From assembly GCF_009914755.1 (NCBI RefSeq), contig NC_060940.1: a stretch of 64,000 nt of DNA. One strand, written 5' to 3'. Below, piece by piece: positions 62,740 to 64,000 of the stretch. Source of the DNA: the human T2T-CHM13v2.0 reference genome, Homo sapiens. Below the pieces are notes generated by a model. The model was given only the letters and a program-made list of their open reading frames with translations. It was not told the DNA's origin and did no database searches. Position numbers and translations under genes: made by a program. The first letter of the stretch is position 1, and every line of letters starts with the position of its first letter.

Positions 62740-64000
<1,261 letters not shown>

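Overview
This is human (or very closely related great-ape) genomic DNA carrying the 3' half of GAN (gigaxonin, KLHL16; by recall on 16q23.2) on the + strand. Six coding exons (6-11 by standard numbering) have canonical AG/GT boundaries and splice into the C-terminal Kelch propeller, ending at TGA 18344-18346. The 3' UTR has proximal poly(A) signals (~19.2-20.9 kb) and a distal one (AATAAA 31532), giving up to ~13 kb of UTR that hosts the MIR4720 hairpin and inverted Alus. The rest (~31.6-64 kb) is repeat-dense intergenic DNA (Alu, L1, MaLR/ERVL LTRs, MER DNA transposons, microsatellites) with a small CpG-rich patch bearing a strong CTCF-type motif (~44.5 kb). I see no other protein-coding gene; nearly all listed ORFs derive from repeats or low-complexity sequence. 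I cannot support a wholly new biological system. The most unusual structures are an old inverted duplication (34.0-35.6 kb vs 38.8-40.1 kb) whose arms preserve each other's empty transposon sites, a locally templated and rearranged insertion inside a fossil ERVL reverse transcriptase, an 86-nt last intron that stays in frame and stops exactly on its own acceptor, and a regulatory-looking long 3' UTR. Repeat subfamily calls and repeat boundaries are by eye and approximate.
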